Part shown: piece by piece, positions 1-9,904 of the stretch
Position numbering within the stretch: the stretch's first letter is position 1
How the letters are laid out: the number at the start of each line of letters is the position of its first letter
Assembly: GCA_963723675.1 (NCBI GenBank)
Contig: CAVRRW010000007.1
Coordinates: 134,527 to 198,526, forward strand
Direction: 5' to 3'
DNA from: an uncultured Solirubrobacterales bacterium
Lineage (GTDB): Bacteria > Actinomycetota > Thermoleophilia > Solirubrobacterales > Solirubrobacteraceae
DNA: 64,000 bases
Position numbers and translations under genes: made by a program
Notes under the pieces: generated by a model
The model's database searches: none
Told to the model about the DNA's origin: nothing
The model's input: the letters and a program-made list of their open reading frames with translations, nothing else

Positions 1-1067
1 GACAGCCGCGCGACCGCGCGGTCGATGATCGCGCGCCGCTGCGAAGGGCTCGCCGACGGCTCCCATGGCGGCGCGAGCTCCACGCACAGGCTGCTCTCGT
101 GCAGCCCCTGGCTGAGCGCGCCGGCGGGCGCGGCCTCGCCGCGGCGGACGGCCGCAAGGAATCGCTCGAGCGCTTGCGTGTGACCTCGGGCGGCGGCATG
201 CAGCGCCGTCGGCACCCCGGGAAACGACGGCGACACGATGCTCTCGGCGACGAGCGCATTCAGCAGCGCCGGTCCATCTCGCCGCGCGCGGACGATCGTT
301 TCGACATCCCGGGCCGGATCAAACCCGCACCGCTGCTGGACGCAGGCGGACCGAAGCGCGCCCGCGGTTGCCCGCAGAGCGGCGAGATACAGGGGATCGG
401 CACCCTCTTGGGGCACCACCGAGTCAAGCACCAGGCGGGCCACGTGGTCGGGATGGGCCAGCGCGTAGCGTTCGGCGACGAACGTCCCGTATGAGACGCC
501 GTCGAGGGTCAGCCGCGGCGCTCGCAGCGCGGCCCGCAGCGCCTCGAGGTCGCCGACCGTCTCGGCAGTCGTGTAATAGCCCCGCGACGGGCCGACCGTC
601 TGTGCGCACGCGGCGATCGAGCCGGGCGGCGGCACCACCAGGTCCGAAGCGCCGGCGGCCGCCTGCAGCGGCGGACAGCGCAGGGCGCCGGCGCCGGTTC
701 CCCGTTGGTCGAGCATCACCAGCCGGTAGCCCCGCAGCTCGGGTCCCAGCGCCGAATCGATTCGGTGAAGAAACGGGACGCCGGGCTGTCCCGGGCCGCC
801 GGTCAGGAACACGAGCACCCCGCGCGGCGGGTTCGCTTCGCTCGAGAACCCAACGGCCAGATGCAACGTTCCCGGGCTCTGGCCGGCGTGGTCGAGTGGC
901 ACCGTCAGCGACGCGCAGGTGAAGCCCCCCACCCCCGGACAGGGGCGGAAGGCTCCAAGGTGTGACCGCGCTGCCGGAGCGGCGCTCGACGGCGCGCGAT
1001 GATGCCCGCCGCAAGCGGTGAGGCAGCTCGCCGCGGCCACAAGCGCCACCCTCGCGCATCTCCTCAT
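1..1067 (-). CDS. Alpha/beta hydrolase (TAP-like/S33 peptidase family) lipoprotein, 3' end runs off the window
   Basis: Hand translation from ATG 1067: MRRCARVALVAAASCLTAC (lipobox-like LTAC), then FTCASLTVPLDH, LTGGPGQPG, LDQRGTG and the nucleophile elbow GVSYG. Not in the ORF track because it is open at the window edge. Confidence 0.85.
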   Translation of the reverse strand, partial: MRRCARVALVAAASCLTACGGHHRAPSSAAPAARSHLGAFRPCPGVGGFTCASLTVPLDHAGQSPGTLHLAVGFSSEANPPRGVLVFLTGGPGQPGVPFLHRIDSALGPELRGYRLVMLDQRGTGAGALRCPPLQAAAGASDLVVPPPGSIAACAQTVGPSRGYYTTAETVGDLEALRAALRAPRLTLDGVSYGTFVAERYALAHPDHVARLVLDSVVPQEGADPLYLAALRATAGALRSACVQQRCGFDPARDVETIVRARRDGPALLNALVAESIVSPSFPGVPTALHAAARGHTQALERFLAAVRRGEAAPAGALSQGLHESSLCVELAPPWEPSASPSQRRAIIDRAVARL

Positions 1068-1101
1068 CGGGATCTCAACGGTAACGAGTAGGGTTCGCGC
1101 G

Positions 1102-1260
1102 ACAACGCTGACGGATCCCGAGCGGCGCGTCTGCGACGCGATCGCGGATCGGCAGGAGGAGCTCGTCTCGCTCGCCCGCGCGCTGATCGCGTTCGACAAG
1201 ACGGCGCGCAACGTCGGCGACCCGCGGGGAGACAACGCGGCGCTACAGGAGTATCTCGCC
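1102..1260 (+). pseudogene. Orphan N-terminal fragment of an ArgE/DapE-like M20 peptidase
   Basis: TTLTDPERRVCDAIADRQEELVSLARALIAFDKTARNVGDPRGDNAALQEYLA resembles M20 deacylase N-termini. The sequence then degenerates and no metal-binding motifs follow. Confidence 0.5.
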
Positions 1261-1416
1261 GGGGTGGCGCTCCGGGGGGGACAGCGCGATCACCGCGTCG
1301 CAATTGGGGCCGTCGCGCCCGGCACCACCTCAGCGCTCCAGAGCCCGTGGCAGCTTGGTTGGGGTACGAGGGCTGGCGATTGAAGAGTGTCTCGGCGGCA
1401 GCCCTGCGGCGGCGTA

Positions 1417-1881
1417 CTAGTGCAGCACCGTCCTGAGCACGATCACGAGCGTCCCGAGCGCGGCGCCGACGGCCACCTGCACGATCAGTTCCCTCCCGCT
1501 CAGCTTCGCGCGCAGGCCGGCGATCAGCTCGTAGACGACGATCATCCCCGCCGCGGTCCAGATCGCGGCGGTCACAGCGCTCGTCAGGCTCGCGCCCCCC
1601 ACCCACCAGATCAGCACGGGCACCAGCGGGACCGCGGCCCCGAGGATGATCGGGGATTCGTGCAACATCGAGCGGACCAGCTCGTCGAGCGTCAGCCGTG
1701 CACGCTCGGCGATGCGCTTCGCTGCGGACTCGGCGTACGCGTGCGCGAACCAGTAGAGCAGCAGCGCGACCACGACCCCGCTCACCGTCTCGGCATAGGT
1801 CTCTCGTTCCGCGCTCTCGGCCGCGAGCAGCACCGCCACCACGATCGTGCCATAGACGACGCGTGCAGCGTTCGCCGGCAT
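1417..1881 (-). CDS. Conserved actinobacterial integral membrane protein (about 4 TM)
   Basis: 154 aa with hydrophobic helices and VYGTIVV / WFAHAYAE motifs. Confidence 0.7.
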   Translation of the reverse strand: MPANAARVVYGTIVVAVLLAAESAERETYAETVSGVVVALLLYWFAHAYAESAAKRIAERARLTLDELVRSMLHESPIILGAAVPLVPVLIWWVGGASLTSAVTAAIWTAAGMIVVYELIAGLRAKLSGRELIVQVAVGAALGTLVIVLRTVLH

Positions 1882-1888
1882 CTGCGAG

Positions 1889-4432
1889 TCAGGTGCCCAG
1901 CGCCAGACGGAACTTCGCAGTGACGGTCGCCGTGTAAGCGTTCCAGACGCTCACCGCAGAAAGCGTGGCCCGCAGCCTGTTGCCGTGGCGCGCGTGCGTC
2001 ACCGCGGCGCCGTTGAGTTTCAACAGTACCGTCGCGCTGTGGTCGCCCCGGATCCTCGCGCCGCCTGCGGCGATCACCCGGTTGCCGGCCCTGGCGGTCA
2101 GTCGTACGGGGCACGCGGCCGACCCGTGACAGCGGACCACGACCGCGAGCTTGCCCGCCCGCACCGCGGCCTTACCCAGCGTGACCGGGGAGGTCTTGAC
2201 TCGCACGACCGCGCTGCCCCGCAATCCGCCCCCGTTCGCCGCGAGCACCTGTAGGTAGTAGACCCTGCCCGCGGCAAGACCGCGCAGATTCCATGTGGCA
2301 GTGCCCGCGCTTGTGGACGATCGCGCCGGCGTGCGACGGGCCAGCGCCGGCGTCGTGCCGTACGCGAGTAAGTAGGTCGTCGCCGCGCCGTGGGGGTCGA
2401 TCGTGGCGCCGGCGGTCGCCGTGCCGGCGCCGAGTGCGACGATTCGCAGCCTGCCCAGCGACGGCGCGCTCGGAAGCGCGTGTGGAACCGTGCTCGGCGG
2501 CGGCGCCGGCGAGGGGGTCGGGGCAGGTGGTGGCGTGATCGTGGTCGGCGGCGGCGGGGGTGTGGTCACCGGCGCCGGGGGTGTGGTCACCGTCGGCGGC
2601 GATGGTGCTGGCGGCGTCGTGACCGTGTAGTCGTAGCCGGCCTCGATGCCGACACTGTTCTCGGCGACGAGCCGGTAGTGATAGGTGGTGTTCGGTGCAA
2701 GCCCCGTCAGCGCATCTGAGACCGCGACCGGACTGGTGCCCGCGGTGATAGTGGTGTGAGCGGTTTCCTGCCCGTAGGAATTCGTCGTGCCGTACTCCCA
2801 CCACGACATCGTGTCAGCGCCGTTCGGGTACAGGCCCCCTTGCAGCTGTGCGCCGTTGGAGTCGACGCTCTGGGTGTAGGAGCCGCTGGGACCAGGGGCG
2901 CCGATGCCAGGGGCGCCCGCGACCACCGCGCCGGAGATGCTGCCCGCTCCGGTCGGGCCGTCGTAGCCGGACGCAGCGGTACACAGGTACGGGGCGAGGG
3001 GATCGCAGGGCCCGTTGAAGCCGCCAACGGGATCGTTGAGCTGCTTCGCGACCGATGTGTCATACAGCCATTCGGGGGTGTCGAGGCTGACCGGTGCGGA
3101 CTGGCCTGTTGTCGATTGCAACAACGCGTAATAGGCGGCAACGAGTGGCGCCGCCTCGCTGGTTCCGCCGACGACCGTCCAAATGTCGGCGGGTGAGGTC
3201 CCGTCCGGGAATTGGTAGGAGGGGCCGTAAACCAGCATGCCGGTGGCGGGGTTCCCGTTTGCCGAGATGTCGTTGTACGCGCGTCCGGCGCAGCCCGTGT
3301 CTGTCTGCCACGTCGGCTTCGTGGCCGCCGGGGACGAATCGCATCCGGACCCCGTCGCGCCGTCCTTCGTCGTGTCCTTCGTCGCGGGGTCCTTCCAGAC
3401 CCAGGCCGATTCGCCCATGCCTCGAGGGCCGCTCGCCGGCGCGAGCGTGGTGCCGCCGACCGCGGTGACGCCCTGCTGCGCCGCGGGGTAGGCATTGCAG
3501 AGTGCCGGGGTCTGGGTGAAGGCGGCGCCGGAGCACGCGGGATCGCTGTCCACTCCGAGATAGCCGCTGTCGCCCGATGCGGCGACGGTGGGTGTGCCGG
3601 TGAACGTGAAAGCGCCGTGCTCGAAATTCGACTGCTGGGTCGAATTCGTGGGCAACATTCTCCAGCTGTCGGAGATCACCGTCGCCCCAAGCTTGTTTGC
3701 CGTCTTATGAGCCGCGACCATGTTGGCAAGCGAGAGGCTGTTCGCTTCGACGAGCACGATGTGACAGCTCGGGCACAGCGCCGAGACGGCATCGAGATCC
3801 AACGAGGTCTCGAGACCCCAGCCCAGGGCGTTCGAAGGGGGCTGGGACGGATAGGTCGTTCCGCCGGTCTGGTCGACCTTTTGGAAGCAGCCGTCGTCGG
3901 TGGTGCACGCGGGGAGGGAGAACTGCGAGCGGTACGCCGCGAGATCGGCCTCGGCGCTCGGATCGTCGTAGGCGTCGATGACCGCGACCGTCTGACCCGT
4001 CCCAGCGGTTTGGGAAAGGTAGGCGAGGTCGTAGGCCTGCTGCAGGTACGCGGGCGTTCCCGGCTGTGGCGCCGCCGCCGCCGGCATGGCGAGCGCAGAC
4101 GCGACGGCGCGCGAACGCCCCCGCCGTCGGATGAATCGATCCGGGGACGCCGCCGGGCGTACGTGCGCACGGATGGGCGTGCGGGTTCCGCGCCGGGCGA
4201 GGAACTGGGCCAGGCACGTCGCCTGCCCCGGGCTCGGCGCCGAGCACGCATCGCGGGGGACGACCGAGGAGGAGGCATTCGAAATGCCCGTGGTCGCGTC
4301 GGTGACATTCGCGGTCGCCGTAGCGGAGACGGCGGGGGTGACGGCGGCGCCGGCGGTCGCCGGCACGATCGCGGCGATCGCGAGCACGACCAATGCGCAA
4401 AGCCGGCCACGGGCCGCCACGGGCGGAGACAT
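1889..4432 (-). CDS. Secreted S53 (sedolisin/kumamolisin-like) serine protease with Pro/Thr linker and fibronectin type III-like domains
   Basis: Signal peptide after MSPPV (ATG 4432). Motifs GQTVAVIDAYDDP, ETSLDLD (Glu/Asp), ASGDSG (oxyanion Asp), GGTSEAAP (Ser) and YDGPTGAG (Ca site). Two YGTT-containing FN3-like repeats flank a PT-rich linker. Confidence 0.85.
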   Translation of the reverse strand: MSPPVAARGRLCALVVLAIAAIVPATAGAAVTPAVSATATANVTDATTGISNASSSVVPRDACSAPSPGQATCLAQFLARRGTRTPIRAHVRPAASPDRFIRRRGRSRAVASALAMPAAAAPQPGTPAYLQQAYDLAYLSQTAGTGQTVAVIDAYDDPSAEADLAAYRSQFSLPACTTDDGCFQKVDQTGGTTYPSQPPSNALGWGLETSLDLDAVSALCPSCHIVLVEANSLSLANMVAAHKTANKLGATVISDSWRMLPTNSTQQSNFEHGAFTFTGTPTVAASGDSGYLGVDSDPACSGAAFTQTPALCNAYPAAQQGVTAVGGTTLAPASGPRGMGESAWVWKDPATKDTTKDGATGSGCDSSPAATKPTWQTDTGCAGRAYNDISANGNPATGMLVYGPSYQFPDGTSPADIWTVVGGTSEAAPLVAAYYALLQSTTGQSAPVSLDTPEWLYDTSVAKQLNDPVGGFNGPCDPLAPYLCTAASGYDGPTGAGSISGAVVAGAPGIGAPGPSGSYTQSVDSNGAQLQGGLYPNGADTMSWWEYGTTNSYGQETAHTTITAGTSPVAVSDALTGLAPNTTYHYRLVAENSVGIEAGYDYTVTTPPAPSPPTVTTPPAPVTTPPPPPTTITPPPAPTPSPAPPPSTVPHALPSAPSLGRLRIVALGAGTATAGATIDPHGAATTYLLAYGTTPALARRTPARSSTSAGTATWNLRGLAAGRVYYLQVLAANGGGLRGSAVVRVKTSPVTLGKAAVRAGKLAVVVRCHGSAACPVRLTARAGNRVIAAGGARIRGDHSATVLLKLNGAAVTHARHGNRLRATLSAVSVWNAYTATVTAKFRLALGT

Positions 4433-4597
4433 CGGCGCGAGGGGTCGTGATGTCGGGGAGGCCGCCATAGAGCAGGTTGGGGGACCCGGCGTCCCCCTAG
4501 CGATATCGGCACGCTTGCGCACGGGCTTAAGCGATGGTAGGACCAACCGCCGCGCAAGCATGAGAGAGCGCCCGAGGACGCTCGCGCAGCCGATGCG

Positions 4598-5539
4598 CTA
4601 CTTCGTGGTCAGCAGCAGCTTGGCGGCGGTGTTGCGGCTTTGCAGGTCCCAGTGCGCCTGGGCAGCGTCGGCCAGCGGGTACCGGGCGCCGATGCGCACG
4701 TTCAGCTTCCCCGCGACCACGAGTTCGAACACCTGGCCCGCGAGCTCGCGCAGCAGTTCGGGCGTGCGGGTGTAGGTAACGAGCGTTGGCCGCTGGACGT
4801 AGAGCGAACCCGCCGGCGCGAGCGTCGCCAGCGCGAGCGGATCCGGCTGGCCGCTGGCGGCGCCGTAGAGGATCACGAACCCGGTCGGGCGCAGTGCCTT
4901 CAGGCTGTCCAGGAACGTTGTCTTGCCGATCGCGTCGTAGACGGCCGCGGCGCCTTCGCCGTCGGTGATCTCCTTGACGCGTTCGGCGAAGCCCTCGTAG
5001 CCGATCGTCTCATCGGCGCCGGCCTCGCGCGCGAGCTCGGCCTTCTCCTGCGTCGACGTCGTCGCGATCACGTGCCCGCCACGGAGCTTGGCCAGCTGTG
5101 TCAGCAGCAGGCCGACGCCCCCGGCAGCGGCATGGACCACCACCCAGTCGCCCTCCTGGATGGGATAGGAGTCAAACGAGAGGTAGTGCGCGGTCATGCC
5201 CTGGAGCAGCACGGCGGCCGCGACCTCGGTGTCGAGATCGTCGGGGATCGGGACGAGGCGGCTGCGGTCCGCTGCCACCCGTTCGGCGTAGCTGCCGTCG
5301 ACGTCCGACCAGGCCACGCGCTCGCCGGTATCGCTGATCCTTCCGGCGCCTTCGACCCCGATCACCGCCGGCGGCGTGGAGCCGTAGCCGCGCCCCTCCC
5401 GCTCATAGACATCGCGGAAGTTGACGCCGACCACGTCGACGTCGACCAGCACCTCCCCCGGGCCCGGCGAAGGGTCCGTGACCTCCTTGAGCTCGAGCAC
5501 GTCCGGGCCTCCGTGACGTTCGAAGACGACCGCGCGCAT
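4598..5539 (-). CDS. qor: NADPH:quinone oxidoreductase (zeta-crystallin family)
   Basis: GVNFRDVY, AAVLLQGMTAHYL, HAAAGGVG and YGAASG motifs. Confidence 0.9.
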   Translation of the reverse strand: MRAVVFERHGGPDVLELKEVTDPSPGPGEVLVDVDVVGVNFRDVYEREGRGYGSTPPAVIGVEGAGRISDTGERVAWSDVDGSYAERVAADRSRLVPIPDDLDTEVAAAVLLQGMTAHYLSFDSYPIQEGDWVVVHAAAGGVGLLLTQLAKLRGGHVIATTSTQEKAELAREAGADETIGYEGFAERVKEITDGEGAAAVYDAIGKTTFLDSLKALRPTGFVILYGAASGQPDPLALATLAPAGSLYVQRPTLVTYTRTPELLRELAGQVFELVVAGKLNVRIGARYPLADAAQAHWDLQSRNTAAKLLLTTK

Positions 5540-5642
5540 GGCGGCAGTCTACGGGCGCGCGGCGCAAGCGCCGCGATCGGGGCCCGGCCGCTGCCCGGTT
5601 TCCGGAAGTCCGCTTACAGGGATGGGGCTTCTGCCGGCGGGT

Positions 5643-5948
5643 TCAGTGGGCCCTTGCGCGGGTGCGGGCGGCCTTCTTCGCGGCGGCGCTGCGCGCCTGG
5701 GCGTCTTGCTTGCGAGTGTTGGCGGCCTTCTTGGCCGCGGCCTGGCGCTTGGCGGGGCCACCGGAGAGCCGGTCCTCGGCCTCGTCGATGACCTTTCTCA
5801 GATCAGTCAACGTCCGCCTTACCGCCTCGTCGGGCTTGCCGCCCCGGTTGTTGCTCTCCGAAATCTGCTTTGCCGTCCGCTTGCGCAGGCCCTGGGCGCG
5901 CAGGCGATCGAACAGCTCTTGGTCTCGGTTGGTCTTGGCGTTGGCCAT
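5643..5948 (-). CDS. Small basic protein with Ala/Lys-rich (AAAKKAA) C-terminal repeats
   Basis: 101 aa, upstream GGGGAGG RBS, two AAAKKAA repeats. Confidence 0.7.
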   Translation of the reverse strand: MANAKTNRDQELFDRLRAQGLRKRTAKQISESNNRGGKPDEAVRRTLTDLRKVIDEAEDRLSGGPAKRQAAAKKAANTRKQDAQARSAAAKKAARTRARAH

Positions 5949-6016
5949 GAGTACCTCCCCTGGTCGGTGTACACGGTGGCGCTACCCGATGTACGCCCCG
6001 CCATCACCCAAAGCAC

Positions 6017-6931
6017 TCAGGCCGGCACGGTCTCCCGCTCCATCAGATGTTGGGCGAACCAGTCCACTGCGGCGCCGCTCGAGAGGTCGAAGCCGTCGAC
6101 GTACGCGTCGAAGTGGCCGCCGGGCATGATCACGAGCTTCTTGGGCTCGCGAGCGCGCTCGAAGGCCTCGATGGCGAGATCGACGACGGTCAGGACATCG
6201 TTCTCGGCGACGCACAGCAGCAGCGGTGTCGGGCTGATCCACGGCATGTAGACGCCCGGCTCATAGTCCATGAACATCTCCACGCTGCGCAGCGTCACTT
6301 CGTTTCGCCACGCCGGCGCCCGCAACCGATGCGTCCCGGTGAACCACTCATGGGAGTCCGCCGTGGGCAGCGCCGACGGTGCCAGCGGGTCGGCATCAAC
6401 GACCGGCACCATCGCCGGCGGCTCACCCCGGAAGCGCGCCAGGCGGTCGGCGTCGAACTGCTCCTGGAAGGCGCCGATGAAGTCAGCGCGCACCAGCCGC
6501 CGCGCGTTCTGGTGACCGGACACCAGCGGGACCTGGGCGACAACGCACCTGACGCGGCGATCGATCGCACCGACCACTAGGACGTGGCCTCCCGAGTAGC
6601 TCGAACCCCAGATCCCGATTCGCTCGGCGTCGAGCTCGGGCCGGGTGCCGGCGTACGTGATCGCGGTGCGGTAGTCGCGGACCTGCGCCCAGGGATCTAT
6701 CTCCTGGCGCGGCTCCCCGTCGCTGGCCCCGAAATTGCGGTTGTCGTACACCAGCGCGGCCATTCCCGCGCTGGCGAACACCTCCGCAAACCGGTCCAGG
6801 TACATCTCCTTGACGGCCGAGAAGCCGTGCGACATCACGATCGTCGGCGCGGGGCCCGCCGCGCCGACGGGCACGTACAGCCAGCCTCGCAGGGTTACGC
6901 CGTCGGCGCTGAACTCGACGTCCTCTCTCAT
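6017..6931 (-). CDS. Alpha/beta hydrolase (S15/AidA-like)
   Basis: MREDVEF..LRGWLY, HGFSAVKEM, YDNRNFGASDG, nucleophile GSSYSGGH, C-terminal GGHF. GAGGAG RBS before ATG 6931. Confidence 0.9.
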   Translation of the reverse strand: MREDVEFSADGVTLRGWLYVPVGAAGPAPTIVMSHGFSAVKEMYLDRFAEVFASAGMAALVYDNRNFGASDGEPRQEIDPWAQVRDYRTAITYAGTRPELDAERIGIWGSSYSGGHVLVVGAIDRRVRCVVAQVPLVSGHQNARRLVRADFIGAFQEQFDADRLARFRGEPPAMVPVVDADPLAPSALPTADSHEWFTGTHRLRAPAWRNEVTLRSVEMFMDYEPGVYMPWISPTPLLLCVAENDVLTVVDLAIEAFERAREPKKLVIMPGGHFDAYVDGFDLSSGAAVDWFAQHLMERETVPA

Positions 6932-7011
6932 CACGCTCTCCTCGGTCGCGGACAGATGCAAGCAACATACGCCTAGCCCATCGCGGGCGCATGAACGATT
7001 CGTGATTGCGA

Positions 7012-7839
7012 TCAGCCGCGCTTGATCGCCTGCAGCGTGTAGGTGTGGGGCAGGCGCCAGGGGCGATCGGTGAGCCGCCATTCGCCGGGCCCGACGCGCT
7101 CCATCTGCCCGGGCAGCGCCTCCCACGGGACCGTGTCGTGCTCGACCAGCATCGTCAACTCCATGCCCGCGTCCATCAGCGCGGTCACGATTTCGCCGAG
7201 GCCGTGGTTCCACTCATGTGTGATGTTGTGCTCGAAGAAAGCGTCGGTCACGACGTAGGTGCCGGGCTCGTCCCAGACCATCGGTTCCTCGCTCTCGAAG
7301 TACGGATATTCGACCACCAGCAACTGGTCGGGCCGTGGGTCGGCGAGCGTCCACAGCATCGGGTGGCCCTCGCGCATGAACAGCCTCCCGCCGGGCCTCA
7401 GCAGGTCGGCCACCACCTGCGCCCAGCGTCGGATCGACGGCAGCCAGCAGATCGCTCCGACGCCGGTGAACACGAGGTCGAATGCGCTTGCGCCGAGCGC
7501 CGACGCGGCGTCGTAGACCTCGGACTCGACGAACGTGACGTCGGCGCCGGTCTGGCCTGCGAGGCGCCGTGCCTGCGCCAACGACGCCGCCGACAGATCC
7601 AGCCCGGTCATCCAGGCGCCGAGCCGGGCGAGCGAGATCGTGTCGGTGCCGATGTGGCACTGCAGGTGCACTCCCTTCAGTCCGCTGATGTCGCCGAGGC
7701 GGGGAAGGTCGAAGCGCACGACGTGGCTGAGGAACGACGGGTCCTCGACGAACCGCTCGAACGCGTAATCGGGCGACGCCGCATGCGCCGGCGCGCGATC
7801 ATCCCAGTTGGCGCGGTTGAATTCGACGTAGCGCTCCAC
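7012..7839 (-). CDS. Class I SAM-dependent methyltransferase
   Basis: VHLQCHIGTDT motif I variant, GLDLS, LLRPGGRLFM. Confidence 0.88.
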   Translation of the reverse strand: MERYVEFNRANWDDRAPAHAASPDYAFERFVEDPSFLSHVVRFDLPRLGDISGLKGVHLQCHIGTDTISLARLGAWMTGLDLSAASLAQARRLAGQTGADVTFVESEVYDAASALGASAFDLVFTGVGAICWLPSIRRWAQVVADLLRPGGRLFMREGHPMLWTLADPRPDQLLVVEYPYFESEEPMVWDEPGTYVVTDAFFEHNITHEWNHGLGEIVTALMDAGMELTMLVEHDTVPWEALPGQMERVGPGEWRLTDRPWRLPHTYTLQAIKRG

Positions 7840-7928
7840 GTCCCCCGGTATAGCGCGTGGATCGCATGGAATCCACGATCGCCGCGATGCGCGACGGGCG
7901 GGTGTCGTCGAAGGGCAGGCCGGTCGCG

Positions 7929-8639
7929 TCAGAGCGGACGGCGAACGCCGACCTCGTCGATGTGCGCGAGCATGTCGGCGGGGTCTTCATACACGCGGAA
8001 GGCGCCGGCGTAGAGCAGCTCCTCGCGTCCGTATCCGCCCGACAGCAGGCCGATGCCCAACGCCCGCGCGCGCCTGGTTGCGAGCAGGTCCCAAACGCTG
8101 TCGCCGACGACGATGCTGTCCCGGATGTCGACCCCGATGCGTTGCGCGGCGGTCAGGAACAGATCCGGGTCTGGCTTTGCATAGCGCACCTGATCGCGCG
8201 TGATCAGCGGCGTGTCCGGCGGCAGTCCGAGCAGTTCCAGGGAGAGCCGGGCATAGCGCTCGGCGCCGCTGGTGGCGATCGCCCAAGGGACGTTGTTTTC
8301 GGCGAGCGTCGCGAGCAGATCGCGTGCGCCGGGGAGCGCCCGGACGCTCTCGAACTTGTCGATGTACGCCTCGGCGTGCAGACCGGGGAGCTTGGCCAGC
8401 GCGTCGCGGTCGAGCTCGGTCTTGAGCTCCCGGGCGAGGGCGGCGACGAACAGGCCGCCGCTCATCCCGATCCGTCGGTGGATCTTCCAGACCGCGAGAT
8501 TGATGCCGACGACCTCGAGCGCTTCGCGCCAGGCGACAACGTGCTGGTACACGGAGTCGATCAGAGTGCCGTCGAGATCGAACAGGAACGCCGGCTGGGT
8601 GAAGCTCCCGTCAGGCTGGCTGGGGGTTCCCTGGCTCAC
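7929..8639 (-). CDS. HAD-superfamily hydrolase (phosphatase-like)
   Basis: [12 protein letters not shown] (motif I), [20 protein letters not shown]. Confidence 0.92.
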   Translation of the reverse strand: MSQGTPSQPDGSFTQPAFLFDLDGTLIDSVYQHVVAWREALEVVGINLAVWKIHRRIGMSGGLFVAALARELKTELDRDALAKLPGLHAEAYIDKFESVRALPGARDLLATLAENNVPWAIATSGAERYARLSLELLGLPPDTPLITRDQVRYAKPDPDLFLTAAQRIGVDIRDSIVVGDSVWDLLATRRARALGIGLLSGGYGREELLYAGAFRVYEDPADMLAHIDEVGVRRPL

Positions 8640-9697
8640 GCGCGCGAGCCGACCGTAGCAGCGTTGGCGGCTTGCGCGGTTCGCTGCGCCACCTCGGCGC
8701 GCACCAGCGGCGCGACCCCGGTACCGAACAGTTCGATCGAGCGCATCACGTCCGCGTGCGCGACCGCCCCGACGCTCATCTGGCCGATGTAGCGCTGGTG
8801 TGCGAACAGCTCGTGCTCGAAGAGGATCTTCTCGGCGACCTGCTCGACGGAGCCGACCGCCAGCGCTCCGCGGGGCGAGCGCAGCGCCTCGTACTGCTCC
8901 CGGCCGGCCGGGGGCCAGCCCCGCTCGCGTCCGATCCGGTTCATCATCTGCAGGTAGGAGCTCGCGAACGCCGAGTCGGCCTGGGCTGCTGTCTCATCGA
9001 CGAACGCGTGCGTGTTGATCGCCAGCCTGGCCGCGGCCGGGTCGTGTCCGGCGGCCTCCCAGGCGTCCCGGTACAGCCTGACCAGCGGCTCGAACCGCTC
9101 CGGCTGGCCGCCGATGATCGCGATCGTCAACGGGAGCCCGAGCGCCGCCGCGCGGATCACCGACTGCGGCGTGCCGCCGACCGCGACCCACACCGGGAGG
9201 GGCTCCTGCACCGGCCGCGGCCACACGCCGGCCTCGTTCAGCGCCGCTCGGTGGCGGCCCGCCCACGTGACGTGCGGCTCCTTGCGGATCTCCAGCAGCA
9301 ACTCGAGCTTCTCGGCGAACAGCTCGTCGTAGTCGTCGAGGTCATAGCCGAACAGCGGGAAGGACTCGATGAACGACCCGCGGCCGGCCATGATCTCCGC
9401 GCGCCCACCCGACAGCAGGTCGACGTGGGCGAAGTCCTCAAAGACCCGCACCGGATCGTCCGAGCTCAGCACGGTCACGGCGCTCGACAGGCGGATCTGC
9501 TTCGTCCGCGCGGCGATCGCCCCGAGCACGACCGCCGGCGACGACACCAGATAGTCGGGGCGGTGATGCTCGCCGATCGCGAACACGTCAAGCCCGAGCT
9601 GATCGGCCAGCTCCGCCTCCTCGAGCAGGTGCTGCATCCGCTGCCGCGGCGTGACGCCTGGTCCCACGTCTGCGAAGGTCGCCAGTCCAAGTTCCAT
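8636..9697 (-). CDS. LLM-class flavin-dependent oxidoreductase
   Basis: [10 protein letters not shown] start at 9697; [32 protein letters not shown]. Confidence 0.9.
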   Translation of the reverse strand: MELGLATFADVGPGVTPRQRMQHLLEEAELADQLGLDVFAIGEHHRPDYLVSSPAVVLGAIAARTKQIRLSSAVTVLSSDDPVRVFEDFAHVDLLSGGRAEIMAGRGSFIESFPLFGYDLDDYDELFAEKLELLLEIRKEPHVTWAGRHRAALNEAGVWPRPVQEPLPVWVAVGGTPQSVIRAAALGLPLTIAIIGGQPERFEPLVRLYRDAWEAAGHDPAAARLAINTHAFVDETAAQADSAFASSYLQMMNRIGRERGWPPAGREQYEALRSPRGALAVGSVEQVAEKILFEHELFAHQRYIGQMSVGAVAHADVMRSIELFGTGVAPLVRAEVAQRTAQAANAATVGSRA

Positions 9698-9904
9698 GCC
9701 GTCAGCGTAGCAGGTAGTTGTTGGCGCAACTATCATCCGCGGCCCCTGGCGATCTTGGAGTCCCCTCGCGGACCACGCGCGCGCGGGCCGTCTGCAGGCC
9801 GAGCGCCATGGCGCGAGGAAGCTCGCGGGGCCCCGGCGACGCGAGCCACACCGCCAAAGATGGAGAACAGGCTTGTGGCGCGCCGCGCGTTTGCGAAAAC
9901 GTCA

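Noticed and set aside
8286-8297. GGGACGTTG / AACGTCCC matches inside the HAD gene (and in the helicase near 44190) as further REP copies
   Set aside because: These are single partial matches inside coding sequence without the partner arm at 13 or 25 nt; probably chance.
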